Part shown: in pieces, positions 49,966 through 63,264 of the stretch
How the letters are laid out: each line of letters opens with the position of its first letter
Numbering within the stretch: the first letter of the stretch is position 1
Origin: Eledone cirrhosa
Taxonomy: Eukaryota
Assembly: GCA_964016885.1 (NCBI GenBank)
Contig: OZ024746.1
Location: forward strand, 69,502,001 to 69,566,000
Direction: 5' to 3'
Length of the DNA stretch: 64,000 nt
Notes under the pieces: model-generated
The model's input: the letters and a program-made list of their open reading frames with translations, nothing else
Databases searched by the model: none
What the model was told of the DNA's origin: nothing
Position numbers and translations under genes: made by a program

Positions 49966-50377
49966 TGTAACACATTCTCTAGTGGAAACAAGGTGCGTTC
50001 AGCTAGCAGCCCAGGCTTTGCTGCCTGCCAGGCTGAAAAAGACACAAACTGTTCAAATATCGACCGCTCTCGGATAGGTTTGTGGTAGAGCCTGTAGCAA
50101 TGGAGACTTCCGGCGTTCTTGGCCCCGGATCACATCCCTGCTCACTGCTATCGGAGTGGAGTTGGCTGCCCGCTGGTGCGAGCCCGTTGGCTGCCCGCAG
50201 GTGCGAGCTCTGCTAAGTGGAGTGACTGTTCCAGCGCGTCAACCTTGCCGTCCTCCGCGGCAATGTATTCTCCATCCTGTCGGCTGAGACCAAGAGGCGG
50301 AGGGTAATTTAGTTGGAGATGGAAGGTACTCGTTCGGACGTCACCCATATACACACATACACAAAATAGACATATAC

Positions 50378-50408
<31 letters not shown>

Positions 50409-50504
50409 TGTATGTATGTATGTATGTATGTATGTATGTATGTATGTATGTTCTTCTGGTTTTATAATTTCACAAATTTTTACCAATAGAGAGAGAGTCG
50501 GTTT

Positions 50505-51337
50505 CTAACATAGACACAAGACTCTCTCATTATCGATAGTATTTTCCACAACAGTCGAGGTAGACTCGGATGGTACACGTGGTGTCACATTTCTTCGATT
50601 ATTATTATTATTTCTTCGATTATTATTATTAACGATAGTGTTTTCTCCAGCATTCGAGGTAGACTTAGATGGTACAGGTGGTGTCAAGTTTCTTACAGGC
50701 ATAGTTGTTTCAAGGCACTGTTCGACCTGGCTGCTAGGAAGTCTAGTAGCATGGCGACCTGTAGCACGTGTTGTTGATAACATGTTTGTTGTGGGGGACT
50801 TACAATTAATAATATTTATCTTATTTTTACGTTCAACAAACGTCGCTTGTTGGCGTAATTGTTTCGCTGTGAAATAATTTAGCTCTGGGTGTATTTCGTC
50901 CCAGTGTAGCTTCATTCTGTTCATATAGCCAATGGAGGGATTGTTTTTTGCCATTTTATAACAATTAAATAAATCATTATTAAGTTCGCAACTCCAAGAG
51001 AAATGCGATTTATAATTTCGGTTTCTTCTGTAGCTACAACTGAATAAAGTTTGTTTACCTTCCTTGTTATTTGTCTTCGGTACTTCCTTAATTTTGTTGT
51101 TGATGTTGTGTTCAGCCATGCTGTTTATAGCAAATCCTTGTAAAATGAATTATGTATTTAGTCGGATATCTCTACGAATTCGAATAAAAGGTGTCTTCAG
51201 AAGATATAGTTAGAAGAATAACCAGTTATTCAACATGACTGTAGTTGTGGCATTAGTGTCGGAGATAGTATTCATCTTAAATTTAATAAATAGTCTCCCA
51301 CGCCAAAATATGCGACTGATCGCGTTGACTGTATATT
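50505..51337 (-). mobile_element. 5' end of an R4/Dong-like element (5'UTR + N-terminal Myb-like domain, ORF 51119-50505)
   Basis: WSCELNNDLFNCY..GYMNRMKLHWDEIHP..AKQLRQQA resembles the R4-clade N-terminus; (TATG)n at the 5' junction. Confidence 0.75.
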
Positions 51338-51489
51338 ATGTATGTATGTATGTATGTATGTATGTATATATGTATGTATGTATGTATGTAAGCGAATTCA
51401 ATAAACTCGAATCAAACAAAACATAGAGGTATCACAAAGGCTTGCCTTCGTCCGTAGTATTTAACAGCTGAATCAGCTGCCGAACTGAA

Positions 51490-51880
51490 CATTCTCCGCT
51501 TCATTTTAACGTCTTCGGTTTATTTGAATAATTCGCTGAATTTGGATGCAATAGTATCTACATACCTGGTCATGAACACCTCATGAGGCAATGCTTCCCA
51601 CTTTATCCTGTAGTTCGAGCTGGACCTGCCAATTTTGTGGGTTTTCTTGATTCTAGCTTGTCTCAGGCTGCATATAACCGGATGATTATCAGCCCCTCTC
51701 TCAAGACGGACATCCAGCACAGAATCTTACTGATCAAAAACCTTTTAAAAAATCAATTACCCATCACTATGCCCGGTTTTCCTAGCACCATGTATAAATG
51801 AATGGATGTTTTTTTGTTCTGGAAGAAGGTGTTCATAATCGAGGGCCCATTACTAGAACAAAAACCTAAGAATCTCCGTT
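51490..51880 (-). mobile_element. RTE-like AP-endonuclease C-terminal fragment
   Basis: IMNTFF, LDVRLERGADNHPVICSL. Confidence 0.65.
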
Positions 51881-52228
51881 CGCAACGTCAGCTTGCCAGG
51901 CTGTACATTGAAAATATTTAATTTAGGAGAATGGGGAGCATAAATGGGAAAAAAGGGGCACAGAACTGGGAGAATGGTACACACATTATCGGGCCAGCCT
52001 AGAGCGCTAAATACTGACGCCTCAGTAAGAGACTAATTTATGAAGACTCCCTCACCCAGTGGCATGGCCGACGTTACGCTCTTAATGTTATAGTTATTAT
52101 GTGGAGAATGTTGCTAAAGTTTACTTTGGTGTGGTCCATAAAATTGCAACAGGCGCCCTTCCTAGCGCACAATCATGCCAGCTCTACGACACCACTCTAT
52201 CTCATGCTCTCTCTCCCCCCCCCCCCCC

Positions 52229-52230
<2 letters not shown>

Positions 52231-52289
<59 letters not shown>

Positions 52290-52334
52290 ACATACATACA
52301 TACATATATGTACATATGTATGTATATATGTATG

Positions 52335-52381
<47 letters not shown>

Positions 52382-52414
52382 ATATACATACATACATATA
52401 TGTACATACATACA

Positions 52415-52452
<38 letters not shown>

Positions 52453-52476
52453 CATACATATATGTATATATGTATA

Positions 52477-52519
<43 letters not shown>

Positions 52520-52588
52520 ACATACATACATACATATATGTACATATGTATGTATATATATATATATATATATATACATATATGTATG

Positions 52589-52627
<39 letters not shown>

Positions 52628-52754
52628 ATATATATATATACATATATATACATACATACATATATGTATATATATACATATATATATACATACATACATA
52701 TATGTATATATATATATATATATATACATACATACATATATGTATATATGTATG

Positions 52755-52818
<64 letters not shown>

Positions 52819-52985
52819 CATACATACATATATGTATATATGTATATATATGTATATATATATATATATGTATGTATATATATATACAGACCTACCTACA
52901 TACATATATGTATATATGTATATATGTATGTATATACTTGCAGAAATACATTCATCCATTCATGCATACAATCACACACACACAG

Positions 52986-53046
<61 letters not shown>

Positions 53047-53053
53047 TGTATAC

Positions 53054-53108
<55 letters not shown>

Positions 53109-53150
53109 CGTGTGTGTGTGTGTACGTGCGTGCGTGTGTGTGTGTGTGTT
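52231..53150. repeat. ~0.9-kb compound (TA)/(TATG)/(CA)/(GT) microsatellite
   Basis: Direct reading. Confidence 0.98.
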
Positions 53151-53458
53151 TGTGAGTGTATACGTGCATGTGTGGGCCCATGTTGAGTTTCTATAAATAT
53201 TAATAACATATGTGTAAGTTTCTAACCCCCTTCTGCCACCACCCCCTACTGTGAACGTCTGCTTTTCTTCAGACGTTTTCATTTCCTCCTCTTCTTCCTC
53301 CCCCTCCCCTCCTTCTTTTCTCGCTTCTATCAAATCTTACCCTACTCTGATGTACATATATATGTAAATATATATATATATATATATATGCATTACGTAT
53401 TAATATGAGTTTTTTGTGTATGCGGCTTGCGCGTTTTGACAGTATGTGCTAAACAACA

Positions 53459-53589
<131 letters not shown>

Positions 53590-54199
53590 TTATATATATA
53601 TTGTTTGTGTGTGAGTGTCATGTGTAATTTGGTAAAGGGTATCCAAATAATTGGAAGAGCACTCAATCTGTGGGTGGAATTCTGGCATTAAGATAATTAT
53701 TACACTAGCTATGATGTCATTTAAAGCACATGTGTTTACATATGGTGCCATTTTCCGATATTTCTGAAACATGTCCTAATTCAGCAGCTTTTTATTGACA
53801 ATATTTTCTCATGATTGTTTTTTTTTCCTGCAATTGTGAAAGATTTCTTAAGAAGTGTAGCAGAAAGAGTAATAGGCTTAGAGTGGGAGAAATATAAAGA
53901 TATATGGAGGGGTAAAAGAAGGCAAAGTAATTTGAAATTCTATGGTGAAATAAAAACTTTTGAGGATTCAAATGCATCTGGCTGGTAAAAGAAAAGGGTT
54001 TAGAGATAGGTATTCAGTGGAAGTGGATATGTGATACCTGTGGTCGGTGTTAAAGTCATTTTAATATGGTAATGATTTAGATTTCCAGTTCCTCAATACA
54101 TATTTGAGGGTGTGGGATCAGCGATTGAATAAATTTGCCTTCGTATGTAGACAGTTGTGGTGTTGAGTAGTTTTTTTAGAATGTTACATTTTTTGCTAT

Positions 54200-54680
54200 A
54201 CACAATTGGCATGACCGCGAGCCATTTGCACAAGGTCGGGATCTTTCAAGTATCTTCCATTTGATGGAGAAATAGGTGCCCTTACATGGCTTGCAGGTTT
54301 GGTGTTTGATCTTTTCTGCGGGTATCAGAAGATCATAGGAAGTGGTTTATAAATCAGCCTTCCCACATTCACACATATGTTCTGACTTCCTGTTGTTGGT
54401 TTAGTTAGACCGGGGTGACCTCAGCATCGTATATCATGGCGGTCGCAGTGCAAGCTTTGTCTAGGGGTCATGCTGCTGGCTTTCTGCATGAGTACTTTGG
54501 TGTGGCGGAGTTCATGGATTTGTTAGTTGTGTAGGTATTTACATTTCTGGTACAGGGATACCCGATTTTGATTGTATATCTGTTAAACATTTTATGGCAT
54601 TTATGGTCTACACGGAAATTTTGGTCTTTGAGAGCTAAGAATTTCTTTTCTATGTAGGAAGTGGGGGGTCTTGAACCCTC
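54200..54680 (-). pseudogene. Degraded Naiad-like Penelope fragment
   Basis: KKFLALKDQNFRVDHKCHKMFNRYTIKIGYPCTRN aligns by eye to the DKxFP..H..IFNRHTVKLSYSTTRN linker of the other two elements. Confidence 0.6.
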
Positions 54681-55879
54681 AGTTGTTTGCCGCACTGTGA
54701 CACCGAGATAAGCTCCCACCCGAGTCCCCTTTAGGCTCAAGATAGACTTTGTTTTATCAAAACATAAAGATAACGGTCTATTTCTCCATAAAAGCACATA
54801 AACTACAATATAACATCTTATATACCATTACACAACAGCCTATAAATTGCTACAACAGCCTGGCAGTGCTTTAACAATTCCACCAATCCGACAACACTAG
54901 TACATTATTGATCGATCCTGAAAGGATGAAAAGCAATGTTGATATCATTGGAATTTGACTGCAATGAGCCAGAACAAATTGGGAACCATTTAATCCAACA
55001 CTCTCATGATTCTAGAAATGAATATTTTTGAAGGGAGGTGGATTAGCTGAATCGCTAGAGCGTCGGACAAAATGCTTTATAGTATTTGTTCTGGTTCTTC
55101 ATGTTCTATGTCCAAATCTTACCGAAATTTGACCAGTCCAGTTGTGGGGGTCATTATAATCGATTTCCTTTCCCTTCAAACTGTTGGTCATGTGCGTCAA
55201 CTATATATATTTTTTAAGTTTATTGAATCCAGTTCATGATTGGTACTGATTTTCTCGAATCTAGAAAGTAAAGTTAGTTTCGAAAGTGAAACGATCGAAT
55301 GAATTTAGCCCAAAGTTCTACCTGTTTTTTTTTTATCCCTTTCGATTTCCAGTCATTCGATCCCACTGCGTGACATCTTGGGCAAGTGCCATTTACCATA
55401 ACTTCACATTGACTCAAGCCTTGCGAGTGAAATTGGGTGGATGGATTACACCTGCAATTCGAAGAGCCGGCCATGTCATACACTGTCACGCTGAATCTCC
55501 CTGAAAATTACAATACGAGTACACGTGTTTGTGGAATGCTCAATCAAACGTTAATTTCATGAGCAGGCAGTTCGAACAACTGGAGCACTCATTGTCGAAA
55601 CTGAGGGAAGTGAAGTCTATTCTATCCCATTCCATTGTTTCACCTAACTTTGCTACATAATATTGATTTCTAGTGGAAGAATATTCGAATAATTAAACGA
55701 TCTCTGTGTCTTGTACTCGTGTTATCGACCCGGAAGTACCGAAAGTACTGGAAGTACAGGAAGGTAAAGTTGATCTCAGTTGTTAAAGGGACGTAACCAA
55801 AACAACACACGGTTGTCCCACTACACTGTTTTCATAATCTAATATTGTTAAACATTAACATTTTGTGAGAAAAGCCAAT

Positions 55880-56200
55880 GTATTGTGAGGAAAGGTCAGT
55901 ATTTTGTGGTAAATGGTCTATATTTTGTGGGAAAGAGCAATATATTATGAGGAAAGGTCAGTATTATGTGGGCAAAGGTCAGTATTATATGAGGAAAGGT
56001 CAGTATTGTGTCGTAAAAGGTCAATATTATGCGGGAAAAGATTACTATTATATGAGGAAAGGTCAGTATTTTGTGATGAATGGTCACGATTTTGTGGTTG
56101 AAGCTTGTGGTTGAAGCTTTTGTGCGGTACGGTCAGTATTTTCCAGGAAAAAGTCAGTCTTTGTCGGGGAAAAAGACTTGTATTTTGTGGGGAAAGAGCA
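55880..56200. repeat. Degenerate 21-bp minisatellite
   Basis: GAGGAAAGGTCAGTATT(A/T)TGT units. Confidence 0.8.
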
Positions 56201-56414
56201 TAATTCATTAAATCGTGTGTATGTTATTTGTTTTGCTAGAAATAGTAGCCAAACTTCCTTCAAAGCACACACTACCGTCTTAAAATAGAAAAGTGACACA
56301 TTAACTAATGAACATTGAACACTACCTGATAACCCTGTAAACAGATAACACTCCAGGACAACATGACACTGACTTTAACTATTAATCTCTTCTATGATAC
56401 ACACTAAACAGATA

Positions 56415-56510
<96 letters not shown>

Positions 56511-56524
56511 TATATGTATGTATG

Positions 56525-58655
56525 TTTCTCTTTCTCTTAGTTTCGAGTACATTTTTGACTGGCCTTCCTGGTGGCAAGGTTGTAAAAGAAAAGAAATTGT
56601 CATCCCTTGAATCGCAAGAATATTTTGCAAATTTTGAAGGTGCTAGCTATCGCAGCCATTTCTAGACTATGAATTAGGGAGCTGCGCTCTTTGTCCACAT
56701 ATCCAAGTTCAGTTATACTTTGATCCAAGTAGGTTGGTATATAACTTGTAGCTCCAATAATGATGGGTATGAAGCTGAAGGTGTATCTTGGATATTGGAT
56801 CTGCAAACTCCTCATCAATGGTCCGTAGATGTCCTCCTTCTCTTGTATTTTTCTTACAACGTTGACATCAAGTGGGCAGCTAATCTCTACAACAGAGCAC
56901 GTTTTCAATGTATGGTCCCAAACAACATCAGGCCGGTTGTGCTTTCATTTGGTGGCAGTTTATATTTTCAGGCTCCACCAGTATTCTTTAGTGCCATCTA
57001 TCTCAACATATTCCTCCTCATTTGTTTTTAATTTTGTTTTCCTAAGTGCGCTCCAGATGGTTCTAACTATCAAATCGTGTCTCATAGGGAGGTAGTAGCG
57101 AGACGACATTCTTTCGCAGTTGGCAACAACGTGGCTAACATCTTCGATCTTTGTTTTACAAAGCCTACATTTATTGGCAATTGATGGCCCTCCTCTTTTG
57201 TGTAGCAGATATTTGGTAGAGATTTCTTGTTCCAGCACTGCATAGAGATATTCTTCAAGGTGGGATGTCATAACTTTGTCAGACCTCCATGCCAGGCTTT
57301 TTCAATGATTTATCCCCTCTATGGTCTGTGTTTTTCATCTCAGGTACCCATGCACAACTTTCTCTGTAAATTGGTCCATTTTTAAAATCTTGTTCGAACA
57401 TCGAGTAGGATCTTCCAATTTCCCTGTAAGAGAGATTTATATCAGGCCTTATTCCATATCTCTCCACCAGATCAGTTGCTATCTTAATGTATTATTTCCT
57501 TCATGCTCATAAACCTAGGCAAGATGGTTGATGACCTTTTTCTTCCGCTGAAGATGTTGCTTCAGTGTTATTATCAGGGTTTCGTATGATGCTAATATGG
57601 ATTTTAGATCCCGGACACCTTCTTTGCGTGAGAGGTATAGCCTATCCACATTACCATTGTTGTTAAAGTTTTCAGTAACACTGAGAAGCTTGCGAGTTCT
57701 TACATCTATCTCACTTAGTTCTTGCAACGACCAGTTCAGCAGACCAAATGTTGGTGTTAGGATTGGCACAGCATAAGTATTGTGGGCAATGTATTTGTTG
57801 TACGCTGATAGTTCTGATTGCCATATTTTCTTTACTCTCCTGAGGTATTCAGTTCTGGTTCTCTCCTTATTTATGTGTCCATCATATCTGACATTCTCAT
57901 CCTGTCCAACATATCTGTAGTTATCACCTGACTGTAGAGGTTGTATTGTAAAGCAATTCATCTATAGATTTCCAGAGGAAGGCACAACCCTTCCACGTTT
58001 TACTGTCAAATATGCACATTTGAACTCACCAAATTTCATTCTGATGTCTGCAGAAAACTGTGTAGTGAGGTCCAATTGTTTTTTGTTATAGCTGGTATTT
58101 GGCCCATACAACTTCAGGTCATCAACAAAGAAAAGATGGGAGATGCTTCTGGACCCGCTTCCATGACCACTTTGTTTTGTGAGCAGGTATGAGAGTGGGT
58201 TTAGTGAGAGGACGAAGAGCAGCACTGATAAGCTATCACCCTGGAAGATGCCTTTATGGCAGTGTATTGTATCAGGCGTAATTTTCTCCTTCTTACCCTA
58301 AGGATTGGTCAGACGTTCTTGGTCAGACGTTCAACAGCAGCTACTAGTGGTTGTGGGACTTTGGCTAACTGTAAAGCCTTAATAATCCACCCATGAGGTA
58401 CACTATCAAAAGCTTTCTGATAGTCAAGCCACACCACAGTCATGTTCCTGCGATTCTTTGCTGTTTTTTCCTGTATCATTTTATTTGTTAGTAGGTGATC
58501 TATGCAGCCCCACACCTCCTTCTTTCCACCAGCTTGCTCAGGTGTTATAATGTTGTTGGTGGCACAATGATCCTGTAAGAACAGGTTAAGGCACCCAGTG
58601 TATAATTTATACATGATGTTCTGGCAGGCTATTGGGTGGTAATTTTTAGCAAGGG
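56525..58655 (-). pseudogene. R4/Dong-like non-LTR retrotransposon: RT, CCHC knuckle and RLE endonuclease, 5'-truncated and disrupted
   Basis: NYHPIAC, QAGGKK, WLDYQKAFDSVPH, GIFQGDSLS, FVDDLKLY, CRLC..EDVSHVVANC, RHD, RPD, VEISCP; several stops and frameshifts. Confidence 0.92.
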
Positions 58656-58657
58656 TG

Positions 58658-58985
58658 CTCGGAGTTTGGTTCAGATGAGACCTCCAGGTGGATAAGAACT
58701 GGGACGAGGTTACGAGCAGGGTGGTCACTTACACCCAAAAATAGGCTGAGGGGAAGCTCTCCCTGAAAGGTCGGGTGGAGGTGGCGAATGCGTACATCGC
58801 GTCTGTCATCTACTACCGTCAGACCGTTGTGCCTTGCCCCCGTTTGTGGAAGGGACAGGTTCCATTAGTGAGGTGGTCCATCTACTGCCAGCACCCTCCA
58901 CGCGGAAGGCTGAGCATGCCGTGGATGCTGATGCGCAAACATACTCTGAGGCTACGTCATCTTCAGATATTCTTAAACGGTGATA
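58658..58985 (+). mobile_element. L1/Tx1-like RT C-terminal fragment
   Basis: LGVWF..KNWDEV..KLSLKGRVEVANAYIASVIYYR..LWKG..GRLSMP. Confidence 0.7.
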
Positions 58986-59073
58986 GTTTGGGAGGATCTT
59001 GCTGCCAATTAAAACATACGCACCTGTTGGTTTTTCACTTCAGTTTATTGTAAACTCCCAGTCAGTTAGTTTA

Positions 59074-59245
59074 ATAATCGGATGGATGTTTAGTTGTTGA
59101 TTGTCAAAGCTGTTTTGTCACACATTCTGTGATCCCCACAATAACTACGTTATTGTCATTTTGTGTCTCTTCTTTGTTTTGTCCTATAGGACAGAAAGAG
59201 ATTTGACAATCAACAACTAAACAACCATCCGATTATTAAACTAAC
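59074..59245. repeat. Small fold-back with ~44-bp arms
   Basis: GTTAGTTTAATAATCGGATGG..TTGATTGTCAAA vs TTTGACAATCAA..CCATCCGATTATTAAACTAAC. Confidence 0.75.
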
Positions 59246-59354
59246 CTACTGAGTGTGTTTTTATTGGCAGCATGACCCTCCCCAAAGTATAAAAATATCT
59301 GTTTCAACACATGTTTTCAAATAAGAAATCTTGCAAAACAAATACAAAAACGAA

Positions 59355-59392
<38 letters not shown>

Positions 59393-59409
59393 GTACATAT
59401 ATATACACA

Positions 59410-59600
<191 letters not shown>

Positions 59601-60114
59601 GTACATGTGTTCATAATAAAGTCACTCTGTAGGAGGAGGGAAGTGAGAGAGAGGAACTGAGATGGTTTTATTTCATTACCGTCTCCACCTCACCCCACTC
59701 CACCTCCTCATAAAACCTTTTAATTTTTATTTTTGTTCTTTAGATTTCATAGAAATCTACATATGCCTCCTCCTGCTCTATGTTGGCCTCATTTCGTATA
59801 AATAGGTTTCTAGATATACACACTATGTCTTCTATAACAGAAATGGAGTCACCCTCTTGTCTTTGCACATATAAATGTCGAGGAAGAATCGGGCCCGGTG
59901 ATTTTGATTTTGCCCTAAGCTGATCGATATCGAAACGTCTGTAATATGTCAATGAAGTTTATATATATACAGCAACAGATACTTTAATCCTATTTACTAT
60001 ATTTACACTCTGCACACTAGAGCCACCTTAATTCTGAAATTAAACCCAACAAGAGACAGGTAAGAGCATTGAGCGTTTCGAACTGCGCACCGCGTTTAAC
60101 TGTAGTTACACTAC

Positions 60115-60560
60115 ATCAGAGACTTGGGAGTAATTGTGGACAACAACATAAGCTGGGCCACTCATATAAACAGCAAAGTTGACATGGCCCGCAGAATGTG
60201 TTCCTGGATTCTCAGAACCTTCCAGTCGAGAGATATCCACACTGTTATCTTTCTCAACATTGCCCAAATGATGTTGGCATCACTTTTAAGGTATACCCAC
60301 GACAAAAATCACACACGCATCTCATAACAATACGGCACAATTATTACACCTCAATTGGTCCCGCTCTCTTTAACATTACTCCAAACCGCATTAAAACGGA
60401 AACAGACCCCATAAAGTTCAAGAACTCTTTGGACAAATCCCTTCCAGAAATCCTGGATAAACCTCCTACACCCGGATTTGAAAGACTTCGCCAGTTGGTG
60501 CTATTAAGTTAGACATAGCCTGGGCCATTACTGGCTGAAACCTATCAAAGTTATCAAAGT
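60115..60560 (+). mobile_element. CR1/L2-group LINE 3' fragment
   Basis: RDLGVIVDNNISWATHI..WILRTF and GPALFN..FKNSLDK..DKPPTPG. Confidence 0.75.
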
Positions 60561-60563
60561 TAT

Positions 60564-60680
<117 letters not shown>

Positions 60681-60704
60681 CGTGTGTGTGTGTGTGTGTA
60701 TGTG

Positions 60705-61328
60705 TGTAGTGAGATCTGTCTACGCCTTGAACCTTGAGTGACACCTAAAGGTCAAATTCTAGGTTACCACCCTAAAGGTGGGAGGCAAAAAGCGACAGGT
60801 ATATAAAGCCTATATTTTCCCACCTTGAACATAGAGACATCGGAGCACCACGACATACAACAAGCTATGTGAAAGATTCACCACTATCAACAGACCCCAG
60901 TGGTCTACAGAAAAAAAGATCGGAGCATTACCCTAGCAATTAACTATGTAAAGATTCACCGCTACCTTCAGGCCTTTGAGGTCTACAGAAACACAGAGAC
61001 ATCGGAGCACCACGACATACAACAAGCTATGTAAAGCTTCACCGTTATCAACAGACCACAGTGGTCTACAGAAATACAGAGAGAATAGACTAACGACGAG
61101 AACTACTACAGACCATTCAGAGGTATACAAACCATTACTCTCTCTCACTCACTATGGTCCCAGACTCACGACGACAACGTCAACCTTCGCAACTCTTGGT
61201 AACTTGTTTTATTGTACTTTTTGATTGAAGTGAAGTAAACCATATATAAACTAAATCTTTATTCTTGTTATAATCATTTCTAATAACCACATATAACCTT
61301 CCAACAATTACTTTAAAATACCCTTCGT

Positions 61329-61331
<3 letters not shown>
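60705..61331 (+). mobile_element. Possible solo LTR with internal ~80-bp repeats
   Basis: Starts TGTAGT, TATATAAA at about 60800, three ~80-bp units 60829-61074, microsatellite flanks; no clean CA end. Confidence 0.35.
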
Positions 61332-61415
<84 letters not shown>

Positions 61416-61675
61416 GGAAAAATGAAACGAAATTTCATTTCCCAATCTTAGTACGGCTGTTACTTAAATATAAGCATGTAAACGTACATACATATATGTA
61501 TACAGACGTACAGTAGTATGTATATAAATATACATACATGCACACATATATATATGCACATATGGATTCACCGAACATTTATTATAATGCTCGGTGTGTT
61601 TGTAAACAAACATCCCGTATTAAGCCGTAGTGTCTAGCAACCATCGATGCTCGTTTGTTCAACACTGACAAAGGA

Positions 61676-61718
61676 ACGCTGTACTAGTTTCAAGCGTATT
61701 AGCTATCGTCAGCAACGT
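61676..61718 (-). ncRNA. Minimal type I hammerhead ribozyme
   Basis: ACGUUG-CUGACGA-U AGC UAAUAC GCU U-GAAA-CUAG-UA-CAGCGU. Confidence 0.85.
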
Positions 61719-62101
61719 ATACCTTCCTGCCAGATTGTTGAACGTATATACTGACCTTATGCATATTAACGGCTGAGTAGCCCAATTTGCATATCGAGTG
61801 GGTTAATCGGCCGGGTGCACCGAAAACGATAAACGGAAAAAATGAAACGAAATTTCATTTCCCACTCTTAGTACGGCTTTTACTTAAATAGAAGTATGTA
61901 CACGTACATACATATATGTATACAGACGTACAGTAGTATGTATATATATATATATATACATACATGCACACATATATATATGCACGTATGGATTCACCGA
62001 ACATTTATTATAATGCTCGGTGTGTTTGTAAACAAACATCCCGTATTAAGCCGTAGTGTCTAGCAACCATCGATGCTCGTTTGTTCAACACTGACAAAGG
62101 A

Positions 62102-62144
62102 ACGCTGTACTAGTTTCAAGCTTATTAGCTATCGTCAGCAACGT
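62102..62144 (-). ncRNA. Minimal type I hammerhead ribozyme
   Basis: ACGUUG-CUGACGA-U AGCU AAUA AGCU U-GAAA-CUAG-UA-CAGCGU. Confidence 0.88.
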
Positions 62145-62539
62145 ATACCTTCCTGCCAGATTGTTGAACGTATATACTTACCTTATGCATATTAACGGCT
62201 GAGTAGCCCAATTTGCATATCGAGTGGGTTAATCGGCCGGGTGCACCGAAAACGATAAATGGAAAAAATGAAACGAAATTTCATTTCTCACTCCTAGTAC
62301 GGCAGTTACTTAAATGTAAGTACGTATGTATGTATACGTACATACATATATGTATACAGACGTACAGTAGTATGTATATATATATACATACATGCACACA
62401 TATATATATGCACGTATCGGTTTACCGAACATTTATTATAATGCTCGGTTTGTTTGTTTGTAAACAAACAAACAGCCCGAATTACGCCGCAGAGTGTTTA
62501 GGCAACCACGTCACCTTTTCGTTCAACACTGACACAGGA

Positions 62540-62582
62540 ACGATGTACTAGTTTCAAGCTTATTAGCTATCGTCAGCATCGT
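62540..62582 (-). ncRNA. Minimal type I hammerhead ribozyme
   Basis: ACGAUG-CUGACGA-U AGCU AAUA AGCU U-GAAA-CUAG-UA-CAUCGU. Confidence 0.88.
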
Positions 62583-63264
62583 ATACCTTCCTGTCAGATG
62601 GTTGAACGTCTGAAAGTATCTACTTTCCTTATGCATATTAACGGCTGAGCAGCCTAATTTGCATATCGAGTGAGTTTAGTCGGCCGGGCGCACCGAAAAC
62701 GATAAATGGAATAGAATGAAACGAAATTTCATTTCTCACTCATAGTACGGCAGTTACTTAAATGTAAGTATGTATGTATGTATACATACATACATATATG
62801 TATACAGACGTACAGTAGTATGTATATATATACATACATGCATACATATATATATGCACGTATCGGTTTACCGAACATTTATTACAACGCTCGGTTTGTT
62901 TGTTTGTAAACAAACAAAGCGAGCATTATAATAAATGTTTGGTAAACCGATACGTGCATATATATGTGTGTGCATGTATGTATATATATACATACTACTG
63001 TACGTCTGTATACATATATGTATGTACGTATACATACATACATACTTACATATATATATATATATCAGATAGGGTGTGGTAAAACCAGGTAGACAATATA
63101 TACAGGGTGTCCACAAAGTCTCTTTACAATCGAACATATATATATATATATGTATATATATATGTTTCGACAGCTAGTAATAAAAAAATATCTAGCTGTC
63201 AAAACGGCCGGAGCTCAGCCGTCGGGGTCCTCACTCTTTTCATATATATATATATATATATATA

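Larger units (their letters stand above)
61411..63050 (-). mobile_element. Tandem hammerhead-containing non-coding repeat (non-LTR retrozyme-like), about 3.5 units plus fold-back
   Basis: Units start at 61411, 61830, 62256 and 62703; one hammerhead per full unit; about 62910-63050 is inverted; (TA)n on both sides. Confidence 0.9.

Noticed and set aside
49970-50345. Tyrosine recombinase remnant next to the interleaved repeats
   Set aside because: Only a vague VIRGQERRKS resemblance; no HxxR motif.
51180-51337. HDV-like ribozyme in the R4-like 5' UTR
   Set aside because: A GGAGA/TCTCC hairpin followed by CTAA is present, but no P3/L3 or P1 pairing was found.
63097-63130. TA-CAGGGTGTCC Tc1/mariner-like TIR
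   Set aside because: Single short end with no partner in the window.
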